Shown here: piece after piece, positions 37,789-47,442 of the stretch
How positions within the stretch are numbered: the stretch's first letter is position 1
How the letters are laid out: each line of letters opens with the position of its first letter
Assembly: GCA_964554645.1 (NCBI GenBank)
Contig: CAZKPK010000002.1
Span: 1,788-65,787 of the forward strand
From: an uncultured Candidatus Saccharibacteria bacterium
Lineage (GTDB): Bacteria > Patescibacteriota > Minisyncoccia > Phycocordibacterales > UBA9973
DNA: 64,000 nucleotides
Reading direction: 5' to 3'
Notes under the pieces: generated by a model
Databases searched by the model: none
What the model saw: only the letters and a program-made list of their open reading frames with translations
What the model was told of the DNA's origin: nothing
Made by a program: the position numbers and the translations under genes

Positions 37789-37826
37789 AGTTCTACCATA
37801 AAAACGGTCGTCATTACAGTAGAATC
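37789..37826. repeat. Cassette 4 right palindromic boundary site
   Basis: ttctaccataaaaACGGTCGTcattacagtagaat. Confidence 0.85.
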
Positions 37827-37850
37827 CACACAAGTTACAAAAGTAAAGTT

Positions 37851-38975
37851 TTAGGTTTCTTCCGCGAATTTCTTCTTGATTTCTTTCAAAATCTGATCTG
37901 AGATTTTTTTATTTTCTTTCAGAAACGTGCGAGTGGAATCATAACCCACGCCCAGTTTTACCTTGTCCGCCGTAGCTTTGGCGGAGGAGGATTCACTCGG
38001 CATACTCGCCTTCGCCGAGGCTATGACGGGCAAGTAGAAATACGAATTCCCAGTTTTTTCGATTATTTTAAATCTTTCTCCGAGCGCCATAATTTCACCT
38101 TCTTTAGAAATACCCTCATTGTAAATAATATCAAATTCTGTCTGTTTGAATGGAGCGGAGACTTTATTTTTCACCACTTTGACACGAGTGCGTGAGCCCA
38201 CGACTTCCTCTCCTTTTTTGATTTGGGCGATTTTGCGGATATCCAGCCGGACGGAGGTATAAAACTTCAACGCCTTGCCTCCCGGAGTCGTTTCCGGGTT
38301 GCCGAACATCACTCCAATTTGCATTCTGATTTGATTTATAAAGATAACAACGGTTTTGGATCTGGCGACAATGGCAGTCAATTTGCGGAGCGCTTGAGAC
38401 ATCAGCCGGGCTTGTTTGCCGACATGATAGGCGCCCATATCGCCTTCGATTTCGTCTTTTGGGGTGAGCGCCGCCACCGAATCGATCACAATAACATCGA
38501 TCTTGCCGGTGCGCACCAAGCTCTCTACTATTTCCAGCGCCTGTTCGCCGTTATCTGGCTGGGAAATAAGCAATTCATTTATGTTCACTCCGAGCTTCTT
38601 TGTATATTCAGGATCCATTGCGTGTTCAGCGTCTATATATGCGCAAACGCCCCCTAGTTTCTGCGCTTCCGCCACGATATGAAGGGACAATGTTGTTTTT
38701 CCGGAAGATTCAGGTCCGAATATTTCAATGATTCGGCCACGCGGTATTCCGCCTACCCCCAAAGCCATATCCAGGCCGATAGAACCGGTCGGAATTACAT
38801 TCACATCTACTTTCGGCGAGTCGCCAAATTTCATTATTGATCCTTCTCCAAACTTGGTTTGGATTGATTTTAGGGTGTCTTCAAGCACCGCTATTCCCAT
38901 AGTTTTATTTTCTTTTTTTTCCCCGCCTGCAACGCTATGCGTAGCATTGCGGGCAGGTTTTTTCTTATTTATCAT
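37851..38975 (-). CDS. recA: Recombinase RecA
   Basis: [37 protein letters not shown]. Confidence 0.98.
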   Translation of the reverse strand: MINKKKPARNATHSVAGGEKKENKTMGIAVLEDTLKSIQTKFGEGSIMKFGDSPKVDVNVIPTGSIGLDMALGVGGIPRGRIIEIFGPESSGKTTLSLHIVAEAQKLGGVCAYIDAEHAMDPEYTKKLGVNINELLISQPDNGEQALEIVESLVRTGKIDVIVIDSVAALTPKDEIEGDMGAYHVGKQARLMSQALRKLTAIVARSKTVVIFINQIRMQIGVMFGNPETTPGGKALKFYTSVRLDIRKIAQIKKGEEVVGSRTRVKVVKNKVSAPFKQTEFDIIYNEGISKEGEIMALGERFKIIEKTGNSYFYLPVIASAKASMPSESSSAKATADKVKLGVGYDSTRTFLKENKKISDQILKEIKKKFAEET

Positions 38976-39328
38976 ATATTTTCGTATATTATCTTATAAT
39001 TTTTTTCATCAGTATATCCGAATTTATCTTGCGCTCTGATGTTGATTATATTATATCCCGGCAAGAGCGCAATTGTCTCATTGAAATCGCCAGTTTCACT
39101 TATTGAAATTTCTCGACCATTCAAAGTCAAATTTACCGCATTTTTTGCATTCCCCTTTATTTCAATAATACTATTCGCAACTTTTATCCCGTCCATTATA
39201 TTTACATCTTTTATTTTCACTCCGTAAATTAAATCACGAGAGCCAAAAAGAGCGTAAATAATGATAAAGAGAAAAAAGGCAACGAGAATCGCTATTTGCA
39301 ATATTTTTTTAGCATCGGGATTCATCAT
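38972..39328 (-). CDS. Small membrane-anchored Ig-like domain protein
   Basis: N-terminal TM helix; LTLNG..G.F...[14 protein letters not shown]. Confidence 0.6.
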   Translation of the reverse strand: MMNPDAKKILQIAILVAFFLFIIIYALFGSRDLIYGVKIKDVNIMDGIKVANSIIEIKGNAKNAVNLTLNGREISISETGDFNETIALLPGYNIINIRAQDKFGYTDEKNYKIIYENI

Positions 39329-39329
39329 A

Positions 39330-41573
39330 TTATGTTTCCTGCCTGCCGGCAGGCAGGTCTCCGGTTTCCGTGCGTTCAATTTTTTCTAATACCTCTCTCG
39401 GTTTTGCGCCTTCTCCCGGACCGATTACTCCGCGTTCTTCCAGTTTGTCCATCAGGCGCGCCGCGCGCGCGTATCCTAATTTTAATTTTCTTTGCAGATA
39501 GGAAGTTGAGGCCTTGCCGGCTTCTATTACGCAAGCCCTCGCTTCCTCATACAATTCATCATCTTCTTCAGAGTCTTCATCATACAAGCTTTCTCCGCCC
39601 AGGGCGGATCCGCCTTGGGCGGAAAAAATACTCTTATCAGCCGAAATAGAGCCTGTAGTCAGGGTTATCTCTCCCAATATTTCATCTTTGTAAGCGTCCG
39701 CTAGATAATTAACAACCTTTTTAACTTCGGTTTCTGAAATAAACGCGCTCTGCAAGCGTTCTGGTTGAGCGTCGCCCGAGGCATAGAGCATATCGCCGGC
39801 TCCCAAAAGTTTCTCTGCACCGCCAGCATCCAAGATAGTGCGCGAGTCCACTTGCGAAGAAACTTTCAGGGCGACGCGGGCTGGGATATTCGCCTTGATC
39901 AAACCAGTGATGACATTTACTTCCGGGCGCTGGGTGGAAATTATCAAGTGTATGCCCACAGCTCTGGACATCTGAGCGAGGCGGACAATAGCCGATTCCA
40001 GCTCCCTAGGATAGGAACTCATTATGTCTGCTAACTCGTCTATTATGATGATGATATACGGCAGGCGATCCCTAAACGCCTCACTTTGCGAGGCGTCGGG
40101 CGAACCGCCTTTGGCGGTTTTAGCCACACCACTGTAGACATTGTTGTGATAAGATTCTATATCTCGCACCGATTCTGCTTCCAATATATCGTAACGGCGG
40201 TCCATTTCCTTGGCCGCCCATTTCAAAGCTAAAATCGTTTTTTTAGGATCGGTTATGACCGGAGTCAATAAATGCGGAATGTTGTTGTAAAGGGTTAGTT
40301 CTACCCGTTTTGGATCGATCAGTATGAATTTTAGGTCATCCGGCCCGTTTCGGTATAAGAGAGAAGTAATCATAGAATGAATAGCGACTGATTTTCCGGA
40401 GCCGGTTGTTCCGGCGACTAAGCAATGAGGCATTTTGGCAAGATTGCCGAAGATTGATTTGCCTCCGATATTGCGGCCGAGAGCGATCGTCAGAGGTTTG
40501 GAAGAATTTTGGAATTTGTCGTCGGCCAGAAGAGTGGCCAGACCGACCAAAGATTTTGTCCTATTTGGAATTTCAATGCCGACCAAGGATTTTCCCGGGA
40601 TTGGCGCTTCTATTCGTATCGGGTGCGCCGCCAGCGCAAGCGAGAGATCATTCTGCAGAGCGACGATGCGCGAAAGTTTCATTCCTTCGGCTGGTTTCAA
40701 TGCATAACGAGTAACGGTCGGTCCGACTGTTACTTCGTCCATTTCCACTTCGATGCCGAAGTTCAAGAGCGTGCGCTTTATTATGTTTGCGTTCGCTTTT
40801 ATGTCGCCCGTATTCGGTTTTCCTTGATCTTCTTCCAAGAGGGACAACGGGGGAGGGACGTAGGTGGAAACTAATCCGCCGCGCCTCTTTTTAATCGGAA
40901 TTTCTTCTTCTTCATCTTCCCCTTTTTTTATACCCAATGCTTTTTTTATTTTTTCACCAGTAGTTTCCGTTTCTCTTTCTTCCCTAAACACTTCTTCTGA
41001 AGCGTCGGGCGATCCAGCTTCGCTGGATTTAGCCTCCTCCTCTTCCACTTTTCTTCTGGTAATAAAATCCCAAATTTTTTTGAAAAATGGCAGGAGATCC
41101 AATTTTGTATCGAATATCACCAGAATTGAAATTATTAAAATCGCGCCGAGAAAAATAATACTGGCATATACATCAAAGAGGGAAACAAGAGGTATTGATA
41201 AAACTTCTCCTAATAATCCGCCGGAACGCCTGCCCGCCAATTGGGCGGGTGAACCTCCCGCGATGTCTATCAAACCCAATCCAGAGAGAAGAAACATTAC
41301 CGCGCTGATCGCGCTTCTCCATCCGATTTCTGGAGTTTCTGATCTGACAAATGAAGACCCCAAAAGAACAAGCAGAGCCGGTAAAAGAATATAGCCGACA
41401 CCCAACAAGTAATAAAGTTTTTCATAAATAAACTTGCCTGCGATTCCCGTCATATCAAATGCGGACATCAAAAAAAATAATGCCAAAACAAAAAAAACTA
41501 TTGCCATAATGCCATGTTTGGTATTGCTCTTTAGTCCGGGACCTTCCTGATTTTTCTCTTTCTTATTTGCCAT
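39330..41573 (-). CDS. ftsK: DNA translocase FtsK
   Basis: N-terminal TMs, AGTTGSGKS, IDPKRVEL, DELAD, STQRP, gamma domain LQRKLKLGYARAARL. Confidence 0.96.
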   Translation of the reverse strand: MANKKEKNQEGPGLKSNTKHGIMAIVFFVLALFFLMSAFDMTGIAGKFIYEKLYYLLGVGYILLPALLVLLGSSFVRSETPEIGWRSAISAVMFLLSGLGLIDIAGGSPAQLAGRRSGGLLGEVLSIPLVSLFDVYASIIFLGAILIISILVIFDTKLDLLPFFKKIWDFITRRKVEEEEAKSSEAGSPDASEEVFREERETETTGEKIKKALGIKKGEDEEEEIPIKKRRGGLVSTYVPPPLSLLEEDQGKPNTGDIKANANIIKRTLLNFGIEVEMDEVTVGPTVTRYALKPAEGMKLSRIVALQNDLSLALAAHPIRIEAPIPGKSLVGIEIPNRTKSLVGLATLLADDKFQNSSKPLTIALGRNIGGKSIFGNLAKMPHCLVAGTTGSGKSVAIHSMITSLLYRNGPDDLKFILIDPKRVELTLYNNIPHLLTPVITDPKKTILALKWAAKEMDRRYDILEAESVRDIESYHNNVYSGVAKTAKGGSPDASQSEAFRDRLPYIIIIIDELADIMSSYPRELESAIVRLAQMSRAVGIHLIISTQRPEVNVITGLIKANIPARVALKVSSQVDSRTILDAGGAEKLLGAGDMLYASGDAQPERLQSAFISETEVKKVVNYLADAYKDEILGEITLTTGSISADKSIFSAQGGSALGGESLYDEDSEEDDELYEEARACVIEAGKASTSYLQRKLKLGYARAARLMDKLEERGVIGPGEGAKPREVLEKIERTETGDLPAGRQET

Positions 41574-41605
41574 GAAAGTATTTTAGCATATTTTTAGAAT
41601 TTAAA

Positions 41606-41699
41606 ATTCTCCTCTTTGAGGAGTACCCGTTACAGCGGGGGAGGTGGAATATATCCACCCCGTCCCGATGAACATCGGGGCACCCTTCAAGAGGGGAAT
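41606..41699. repeat. ~95-bp REP-like composite repeat, copy 1
   Basis: attctcctctttgaggagtaccc..ggggaggtgg..atccacccc..caagaggggaat; copies at 52755-52849, 58075-58156 and partial 19578-19624. Confidence 0.8.
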
Positions 41700-41740
41700 G
41701 AAATGCTTGCTTTTCTTCATGTCCCATATATAATGGACAA

Positions 41741-42502
41741 ATGTTAGCAGGAGATAAAAATCTTAAAGACTCTACTAAGGACACGAATATTTCTTTAACG
41801 GACATTTCTTTTTCTATTTCTTATACTAAGACACATAAGCTTATTACAGCGCTTTATATGGTAACGGACATAATGGACCGAGGTGAGCCGCTTAGAAATA
41901 AATTAAGGACATTAGGGGTAGAAATTCTATCAGACACTATATCAATGTCAAGGTTGAACCTTGATAAAAAGATCCAAGAAGTTTTGTCCTTTATAGATGT
42001 AGCTTTAACTTTGAATTTTATTTCAGAGATGAATTGTGCTATCTTAAAAAAAGAGTTTCTTGAATTAAAAACATCTATTGGACATCTAGATGTAAAACCT
42101 ATGTGGCTTGAAGAACTTTTTTCCGTTCCTCAACCTAAAGGACATTATATTGGACAATCATTAAGGACACGAATTGGTGTCCAAAAGGGAAGTACTTTAA
42201 TGAAGGCTCTGTCTGATCTAGAAGCAAAACCTAATATATTAGGTCTTGCTTCACATTTTGGTTTTAATATATTAAAAAAACAAAGGCAAAATGATATAAT
42301 CGATATTGTAAAAAGTAATGGAGGAAACGCTACTATAACGGACATTAGAACAAAGATAAATACTGAGATCCATAAATCACTTGCCTCTTGCAGTGAAAAA
42401 ACATTACAAAGAGAATTAATGTCCATGACAAAAGACGGTGTCCTTAATAAGACAGGTGAAAAACGCTGGAGCAGGTATTTTATCAAGGTTCTAGGTTCAT
42501 AG
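41741..42502 (+). CDS. Helical-bundle + C-terminal winged-helix DNA-binding protein
   Basis: C-terminal RQNDIIDIVK..ATITDI..SEKTLQREL..GVLNKTGEKRWSRY (DeoR/Fic-type wHTH). Confidence 0.65.
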   Translation: MLAGDKNLKDSTKDTNISLTDISFSISYTKTHKLITALYMVTDIMDRGEPLRNKLRTLGVEILSDTISMSRLNLDKKIQEVLSFIDVALTLNFISEMNCAILKKEFLELKTSIGHLDVKPMWLEELFSVPQPKGHYIGQSLRTRIGVQKGSTLMKALSDLEAKPNILGLASHFGFNILKKQRQNDIIDIVKSNGGNATITDIRTKINTEIHKSLASCSEKTLQRELMSMTKDGVLNKTGEKRWSRYFIKVLGS

Positions 42503-42629
42503 GGGCTAGTTTCTAGTAAAAATTCTTGCTTTTGATTAAAGAATATGCAATAATTGACCTGTGGAGTTTTCTCCGCAAGTCTTATCTTCTAGAACCTAGT
42601 AAACTAGCTGCTAGAACCTAATTCTGGAG

Positions 42630-42675
42630 TTATCCACATAATATATTGCTCTATTTTTGAGCTATGTATTATAAT
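42630..42675 (+). promoter_or_regulatory. DnaA-type box and sigma70-like promoter ahead of a long leader
   Basis: TTATCCACA at 42630, TTGCTC near 42646, TATAAT near 42670. Confidence 0.45.
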
Positions 42676-43154
42676 GTATCTGTGTTTAGCGATTGCGCGC
42701 TTTTATGCGTGTTATCTTGAACACAAAATTTGTGTATTTATTTTCGCTTTTGTTTTTCGTTTGCGATTTCGTCGAAAAAATTTCAAATGAACTTGGTGAA
42801 AATAAATGTCCATTGAAAACTGAATAGCAAATTTTTTGTTCAGTCTTCTCCGCCCAAAGCGGATCCGCCTCAGGCGGAAATGTTTAGTTTACATCTGTTC
42901 TTTATTTTTTTATTCGCTGCATTACAAATTGTTTTTAAATTGTGCTGACTAGCGAGGAGCATATGAAAATAAAATTTTCGTAATGTCCGAGCGACGTCGA
43001 AAATATTGCACGCAATATTATTATTTATTGGCGGATAAAAAATAGAGATAGAAAAAAAATACGCTTTTAGTCAAGTCGAAACTAATTAATGGCGTAGAAT
43101 CCCTCACCAAATTTTTAGAAAAATTTAGTGAGGGACAAGAATTAGAAAAAATTT

Positions 43155-46100
43155 ATGAGTAAATTATTAAAATCAAAATATCTTCTTGGAATTATGCTTG
43201 TTGCAACTCTTGCCGTTGCTTTCGTTTTCGCAATGTTTGCGACGACAGCTTTTGCGCAAACTGCTTGCTCAACAGGCACGACTACACTAAGAGTAGGTTC
43301 GAAAGGTGACGCAGTTAAGTGTCTTCAGTCCGCTGTTGGAGTAACTGCCGATGGTAGCTTCGGTCCAATCACCAAAGCCGCCGTGCAAACTTGGCAAACT
43401 TCCAAAAGTTTAGTGGCTGATGGAATATTCGGCAGATTGTCCCGAGCCGCTTTCACGGGTGGCACGGTTACAGTAAGTGGAACGACTCTTCCAGCAGGCT
43501 GTACTTCAACTTCCGGATATAGTCCTACGACTGGAACAAAATGTGATACTGCCGTTGCGGTGTCCACGACTCTTCCAGCCGGCTGTACATCGACGGCAGG
43601 ATACAGTCCTACCACTGGTACCAAATGCGACTCTGGCGGCACAACCACCACTACGACAAATCCTACTGGTCCCGTATCAGTTGCGCTTGCAACGGATAAT
43701 CCTGCATCCCGTTCCGTGACAACCACGGAAGCTGGCGCTGATTTAGCGCATTTCTCATTCACAGGTTCTGGGACGGTTACGAATATCACTTTGAAGCGTA
43801 CTGGTATTTCTGCCGATGCTTCTCTCTCAAGCGTCTACCTCTATGATGGAGCCCTTCGTTTGACGGATGCCGCTTCGGTATCGAGTGGCAGTATGATTAC
43901 CTTCAATGACCCCAACGGTCTCTTTGTTGTCAATGGCTCAAGGACCATTTCCATCAAATCTGATATGGCAGGAAATTCTGGCGAAACCATTGGTGTTGCC
44001 TTGGTTTCATTCACAGCTTCCGGTCAAGCTATTGTTACACTCAGTGCTCCGCTTTCCGGTAATTTGATGACGGTTGCTTCAGCAACTCTGGCTGGAGTTT
44101 CGTTCGGCACCATTACCCCTGCGGCCAATGCTAACTTGACTCCTGATAACGATGTTATTGTCTGGCAGAGCACAGCTGCAATTACCACTCGCGATGTATG
44201 GCTATCTCGCTTTACAATTCGTGAAGTCGGCTCAATCGCAAAGACCGATATTTCCAATCTTCGCTTGATAATTGATGCGACGACGGTGGCGACAGTGGCA
44301 AATCCAGATGCAAACGGTTATTCAACTTTTGCTCTTACTTCACCGCTAAAACTTATAACCGGTTCCCATACCTTCAAAGTTTTAGCTGATGTTACGGGAG
44401 GTTCATCTCTAACCTTTACTTTCTCCATAAGAAACAGAACAGATATCGGTTTGGTGGACAGCCAATACAATGTAGGCTTCTTGACCTCCACCGTTGTCGG
44501 TTCTCTGACTGCCGGCCAACAGACAATTTCAACTGGATATGTCACGGTCCAAAAGGCGACCGACTCTCCAACGAGCACGATTGTTTTGGCTGGTACGGAT
44601 GTGGTTTTGGGACGCTTTACAGCTAAAACATACGGCGAGAAAGTTAAGGTTGATACTATGCTGGTTGATTTCTCGGGTACTTCCGGCACGACCCTTCGCA
44701 ATGGACGCATCTTGGTTGATGGTCAGCAAGTTGGTTCAACCACTACCATCAATCCCGCATCGACCGGTACATCATTTAATGTAAATCATACTTTCTTGCC
44801 TGGCGCTACTGCCATCATTGAAGTTCGCGCTGATATTTACAACAATGATGCTGATGCTCTTCCTGCTTACGCGGCTGGAGACACTATTCAAGTAATTTTG
44901 TCTACCGGTGTCAACAATGCTCAAGGACTAGTATCTGGGGATGCTACTCTGGATGTTCCTACAGCAAATGTTAATGCCAATAGCCTGACTGTGGGTTCCG
45001 GAAGCATCACTCTTGCCAAAGACCAGGTTTACGGTAACCAATCAGTGGTTGTTCCTACGACGGCAACTCTGCTTGGTTCTTGGGTTTTGACTTCAGGCAC
45101 AACTGAAGCTCTAAACCTCGATACTATTCAGGTTGACCTTGCTTTTCTTAATGAATTTGCGGCGGCTGACCTCTCTAATGTCTATGTGATGTATGGTTCT
45201 AAGATCACTTCCAGCAAAGCGACAGTTTCAGCTACGGCCGGGGCAAACACTTGGAATATATCCGAAGCGATGGCGGTTAATAGCACAATGACTTTCAAAG
45301 TATATGGCGATATTGCGACTGGCGCTGTGGTTGATACTGTAAATGCCGACACCGTTATCCCGTCTCTCTTGGTTTCCGGTACATCCGCTTCTGGCACAGC
45401 TGTGAATACGAATAGCAATACCGTGCTTGCAGGTCAGACAATTACCGCGGTAAACTCGGGCTCGCTTACGGTATCTCTTGACGCTAACACTCCAATAGCC
45501 GCGCAGGTAGTGGCTGGAACTACCGATTCAGGTGGTTCTCTTAAGATTAAACTTGCCGGTACCAACGAAGATCAATATGTAAAGACTGTAAGGATTTACG
45601 CAAATACCAGCGCTAACTCAGCGGCTATCTCTTCAATGAATCTTGCCTGGTCTGCGACTTCCAATGGAGCTTACGCTACTGTTGGGCAGGATCAAACATT
45701 GACTAACGACGGCACCAATCCTGGTTACAGCGTTTGGAGCTTAACCGGCGCTAGTCGGGTGACTGTTCCTAAGAATGGTTCAATCTACCTGAAGGTTACG
45801 CCTTCATATGTTTCTTCAGGCCAAACGGAAGTTTCCGGCTTAACGCCTAAACTCTTCTTGGGCGACCTTCAAGCTGAAGGCACATCCCTATTGGCGGCAG
45901 GCGGAACAACTGCTACTCTTATAAACTCAACTGGTATTATCATTCAAGCGAACAGCTCGGCTGTGGCTGGACGCACGTATATTGATTCAACAGAGAATAG
46001 GCTTGCTGCTGCTATAACTGCTACTGCAACAACTATTACTACAGCAGGCGGTCAAACGTTTTTGCCAGGTGATATCATCTTTGTTGATTGGAGTGGTCCT

Positions 46101-47327
46101 ACTTCTGGCACTGGCGACGAACAATGGACACCAGCGGATGAGGAACTTATGGTTGTTCTAGCTGATGCTGGTGCAAACCTTACAGTAAAACGTGGTGCAT
46201 TTGGAACAACTGCTACAGCAATAGATGCAACAGGTACTGACAGTATCTTCCGCTTGAACACCGCTACTATGACTACGTCTGCTGGCTTGGTGGGCAACGC
46301 AATGACAGTTCTTGAAACCAAACTTGGCTTTGCCATCAAGTCTGATGCGCCTTCTGGCGCCTTTACTGGCGGTACTGATAAATACTTGTTCGGTGTTACT
46401 GTTACGGCGGCCAATAACTCTGCTGATACAGCTACCAATACCGCGACAATTAACCGCATTGATGTAACCAGCAACAAGTCTGCCGCTTCAGTGGCAAATT
46501 TGAAAGCTTACCCATCTGAGTACAACCAAAACTCAACTTACGCCACAACTTGTGTCGGTCTATCTGAAACAAAGTGGCGCTGTACTTTGAGCTCAACCGG
46601 TTCTACTAATCTAGTTGACGAGAATTCTTCCAGAAGCTACACCTTCCGCGGAGACCTTGGTTACTCGGCCGCGGGTTCAGTTGACTTCAGTATTGCGGCT
46701 TTAGGTACCTCTGACACATCCACCAACTCTGTTTCTTGGTCAGACGGCGCGGCTACCCCGACTACACAGGTATGGGTAAATCAAGCCACGACGGTTATCC
46801 AGGGAGGTTCTTTGACCACGACTGCCGCTTCTGGCACTCGTGACCAGACAGTTCCGACAATGACAGCAATTGGTGTTGCAAGTAGTGGTACTACAGATGA
46901 CAGTGTTGATGCAGGTGATATCATTACAATTACGCTTAGCGAAATGATTGATCCTTCAAACATCAATGCCTCATTGGTTCCTGGTGGTTCAGCAGTGACT
47001 GGTGTTGCCGCTACCGCAACTGGTGGCGTGACTGGAGTTCAAGCCGATGGTATTATAACCGTTACTAATATCACCACATTTGACTCCGGCGCTTCTATCG
47101 CCGCGGCTGCAAGCTTCACCACGGACTTGACTCTTAACTCAGCGGGTACATTGCTCACGATTACCTTAAACACAGGTACTGCGAGAGTCGTTACTACCCC
47201 TGCTCTAGGCGCCGGTACGACTGTTGTCGGTACGGCGACTGTGGGCATCAAAGATGTCAACGGAAATGTGATGGCTTCTGCCGCATCTCCAGTGCCAACA
47301 CAGACTGGTGGCGGCACAGCCTTCTAG
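43155..47327 (+). CDS. Secreted peptidoglycan-binding domain protein, putative S-layer
   Basis: Signal peptide; LRVGSKGDAVKCLQ..DGSFGPITKAAV..DGIFG PG-binding motif; 2x LPAGCTSTxGYSPTTGTKCD; Thr/Ala/Ser-rich. Confidence 0.7.
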   Translation: MSKLLKSKYLLGIMLVATLAVAFVFAMFATTAFAQTACSTGTTTLRVGSKGDAVKCLQSAVGVTADGSFGPITKAAVQTWQTSKSLVADGIFGRLSRAAFTGGTVTVSGTTLPAGCTSTSGYSPTTGTKCDTAVAVSTTLPAGCTSTAGYSPTTGTKCDSGGTTTTTTNPTGPVSVALATDNPASRSVTTTEAGADLAHFSFTGSGTVTNITLKRTGISADASLSSVYLYDGALRLTDAASVSSGSMITFNDPNGLFVVNGSRTISIKSDMAGNSGETIGVALVSFTASGQAIVTLSAPLSGNLMTVASATLAGVSFGTITPAANANLTPDNDVIVWQSTAAITTRDVWLSRFTIREVGSIAKTDISNLRLIIDATTVATVANPDANGYSTFALTSPLKLITGSHTFKVLADVTGGSSLTFTFSIRNRTDIGLVDSQYNVGFLTSTVVGSLTAGQQTISTGYVTVQKATDSPTSTIVLAGTDVVLGRFTAKTYGEKVKVDTMLVDFSGTSGTTLRNGRILVDGQQVGSTTTINPASTGTSFNVNHTFLPGATAIIEVRADIYNNDADALPAYAAGDTIQVILSTGVNNAQGLVSGDATLDVPTANVNANSLTVGSGSITLAKDQVYGNQSVVVPTTATLLGSWVLTSGTTEALNLDTIQVDLAFLNEFAAADLSNVYVMYGSKITSSKATVSATAGANTWNISEAMAVNSTMTFKVYGDIATGAVVDTVNADTVIPSLLVSGTSASGTAVNTNSNTVLAGQTITAVNSGSLTVSLDANTPIAAQVVAGTTDSGGSLKIKLAGTNEDQYVKTVRIYANTSANSAAISSMNLAWSATSNGAYATVGQDQTLTNDGTNPGYSVWSLTGASRVTVPKNGSIYLKVTPSYVSSGQTEVSGLTPKLFLGDLQAEGTSLLAAGGTTATLINSTGIIIQANSSAVAGRTYIDSTENRLAAAITATATTITTAGGQTFLPGDIIFVDWSGPTSGTGDEQWTPADEELMVVLADAGANLTVKRGAFGTTATAIDATGTDSIFRLNTATMTTSAGLVGNAMTVLETKLGFAIKSDAPSGAFTGGTDKYLFGVTVTAANNSADTATNTATINRIDVTSNKSAASVANLKAYPSEYNQNSTYATTCVGLSETKWRCTLSSTGSTNLVDENSSRSYTFRGDLGYSAAGSVDFSIAALGTSDTSTNSVSWSDGAATPTTQVWVNQATTVIQGGSLTTTAASGTRDQTVPTMTAIGVASSGTTDDSVDAGDIITITLSEMIDPSNINASLVPGGSAVTGVAATATGGVTGVQADGIITVTNITTFDSGASIAAAASFTTDLTLNSAGTLLTITLNTGTARVVTTPALGAGTTVVGTATVGIKDVNGNVMASAASPVPTQTGGGTAF

Positions 47328-47369
47328 TAGTTAATAAAATTTTGCAGAGGTCGAAATACTGCAAACTTC

Positions 47370-47405
47370 AAAAAACACCCTGAGAGAAATCGAAGGGTGT
47401 TTTTT
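47370..47405 (+). terminator. Intrinsic terminator
   Basis: aaaaaacaccct..agggtgtttttt hairpin with T tract after the CDS. Confidence 0.7.
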
Positions 47406-47442
47406 GTTGCGTAAAAGATTTTATTTGCTATACTCAAACAAC

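Noticed and set aside
15265-37826. CRISPR-Cas locus (Cas2-like proteins plus ~36-bp repeats)
   Set aside because: Repeats occur only in pairs 620-660 bp apart around a gene; no spacer array, cas1 or effector genes are in the window.
41741-42120. Diversity-generating retroelement (Avd-like helical bundle)
   Set aside because: No reverse transcriptase and no TR/VR pair with adenine-specific mismatches was seen; the near-duplicate PG-binding repeats differ mostly at synonymous sites.
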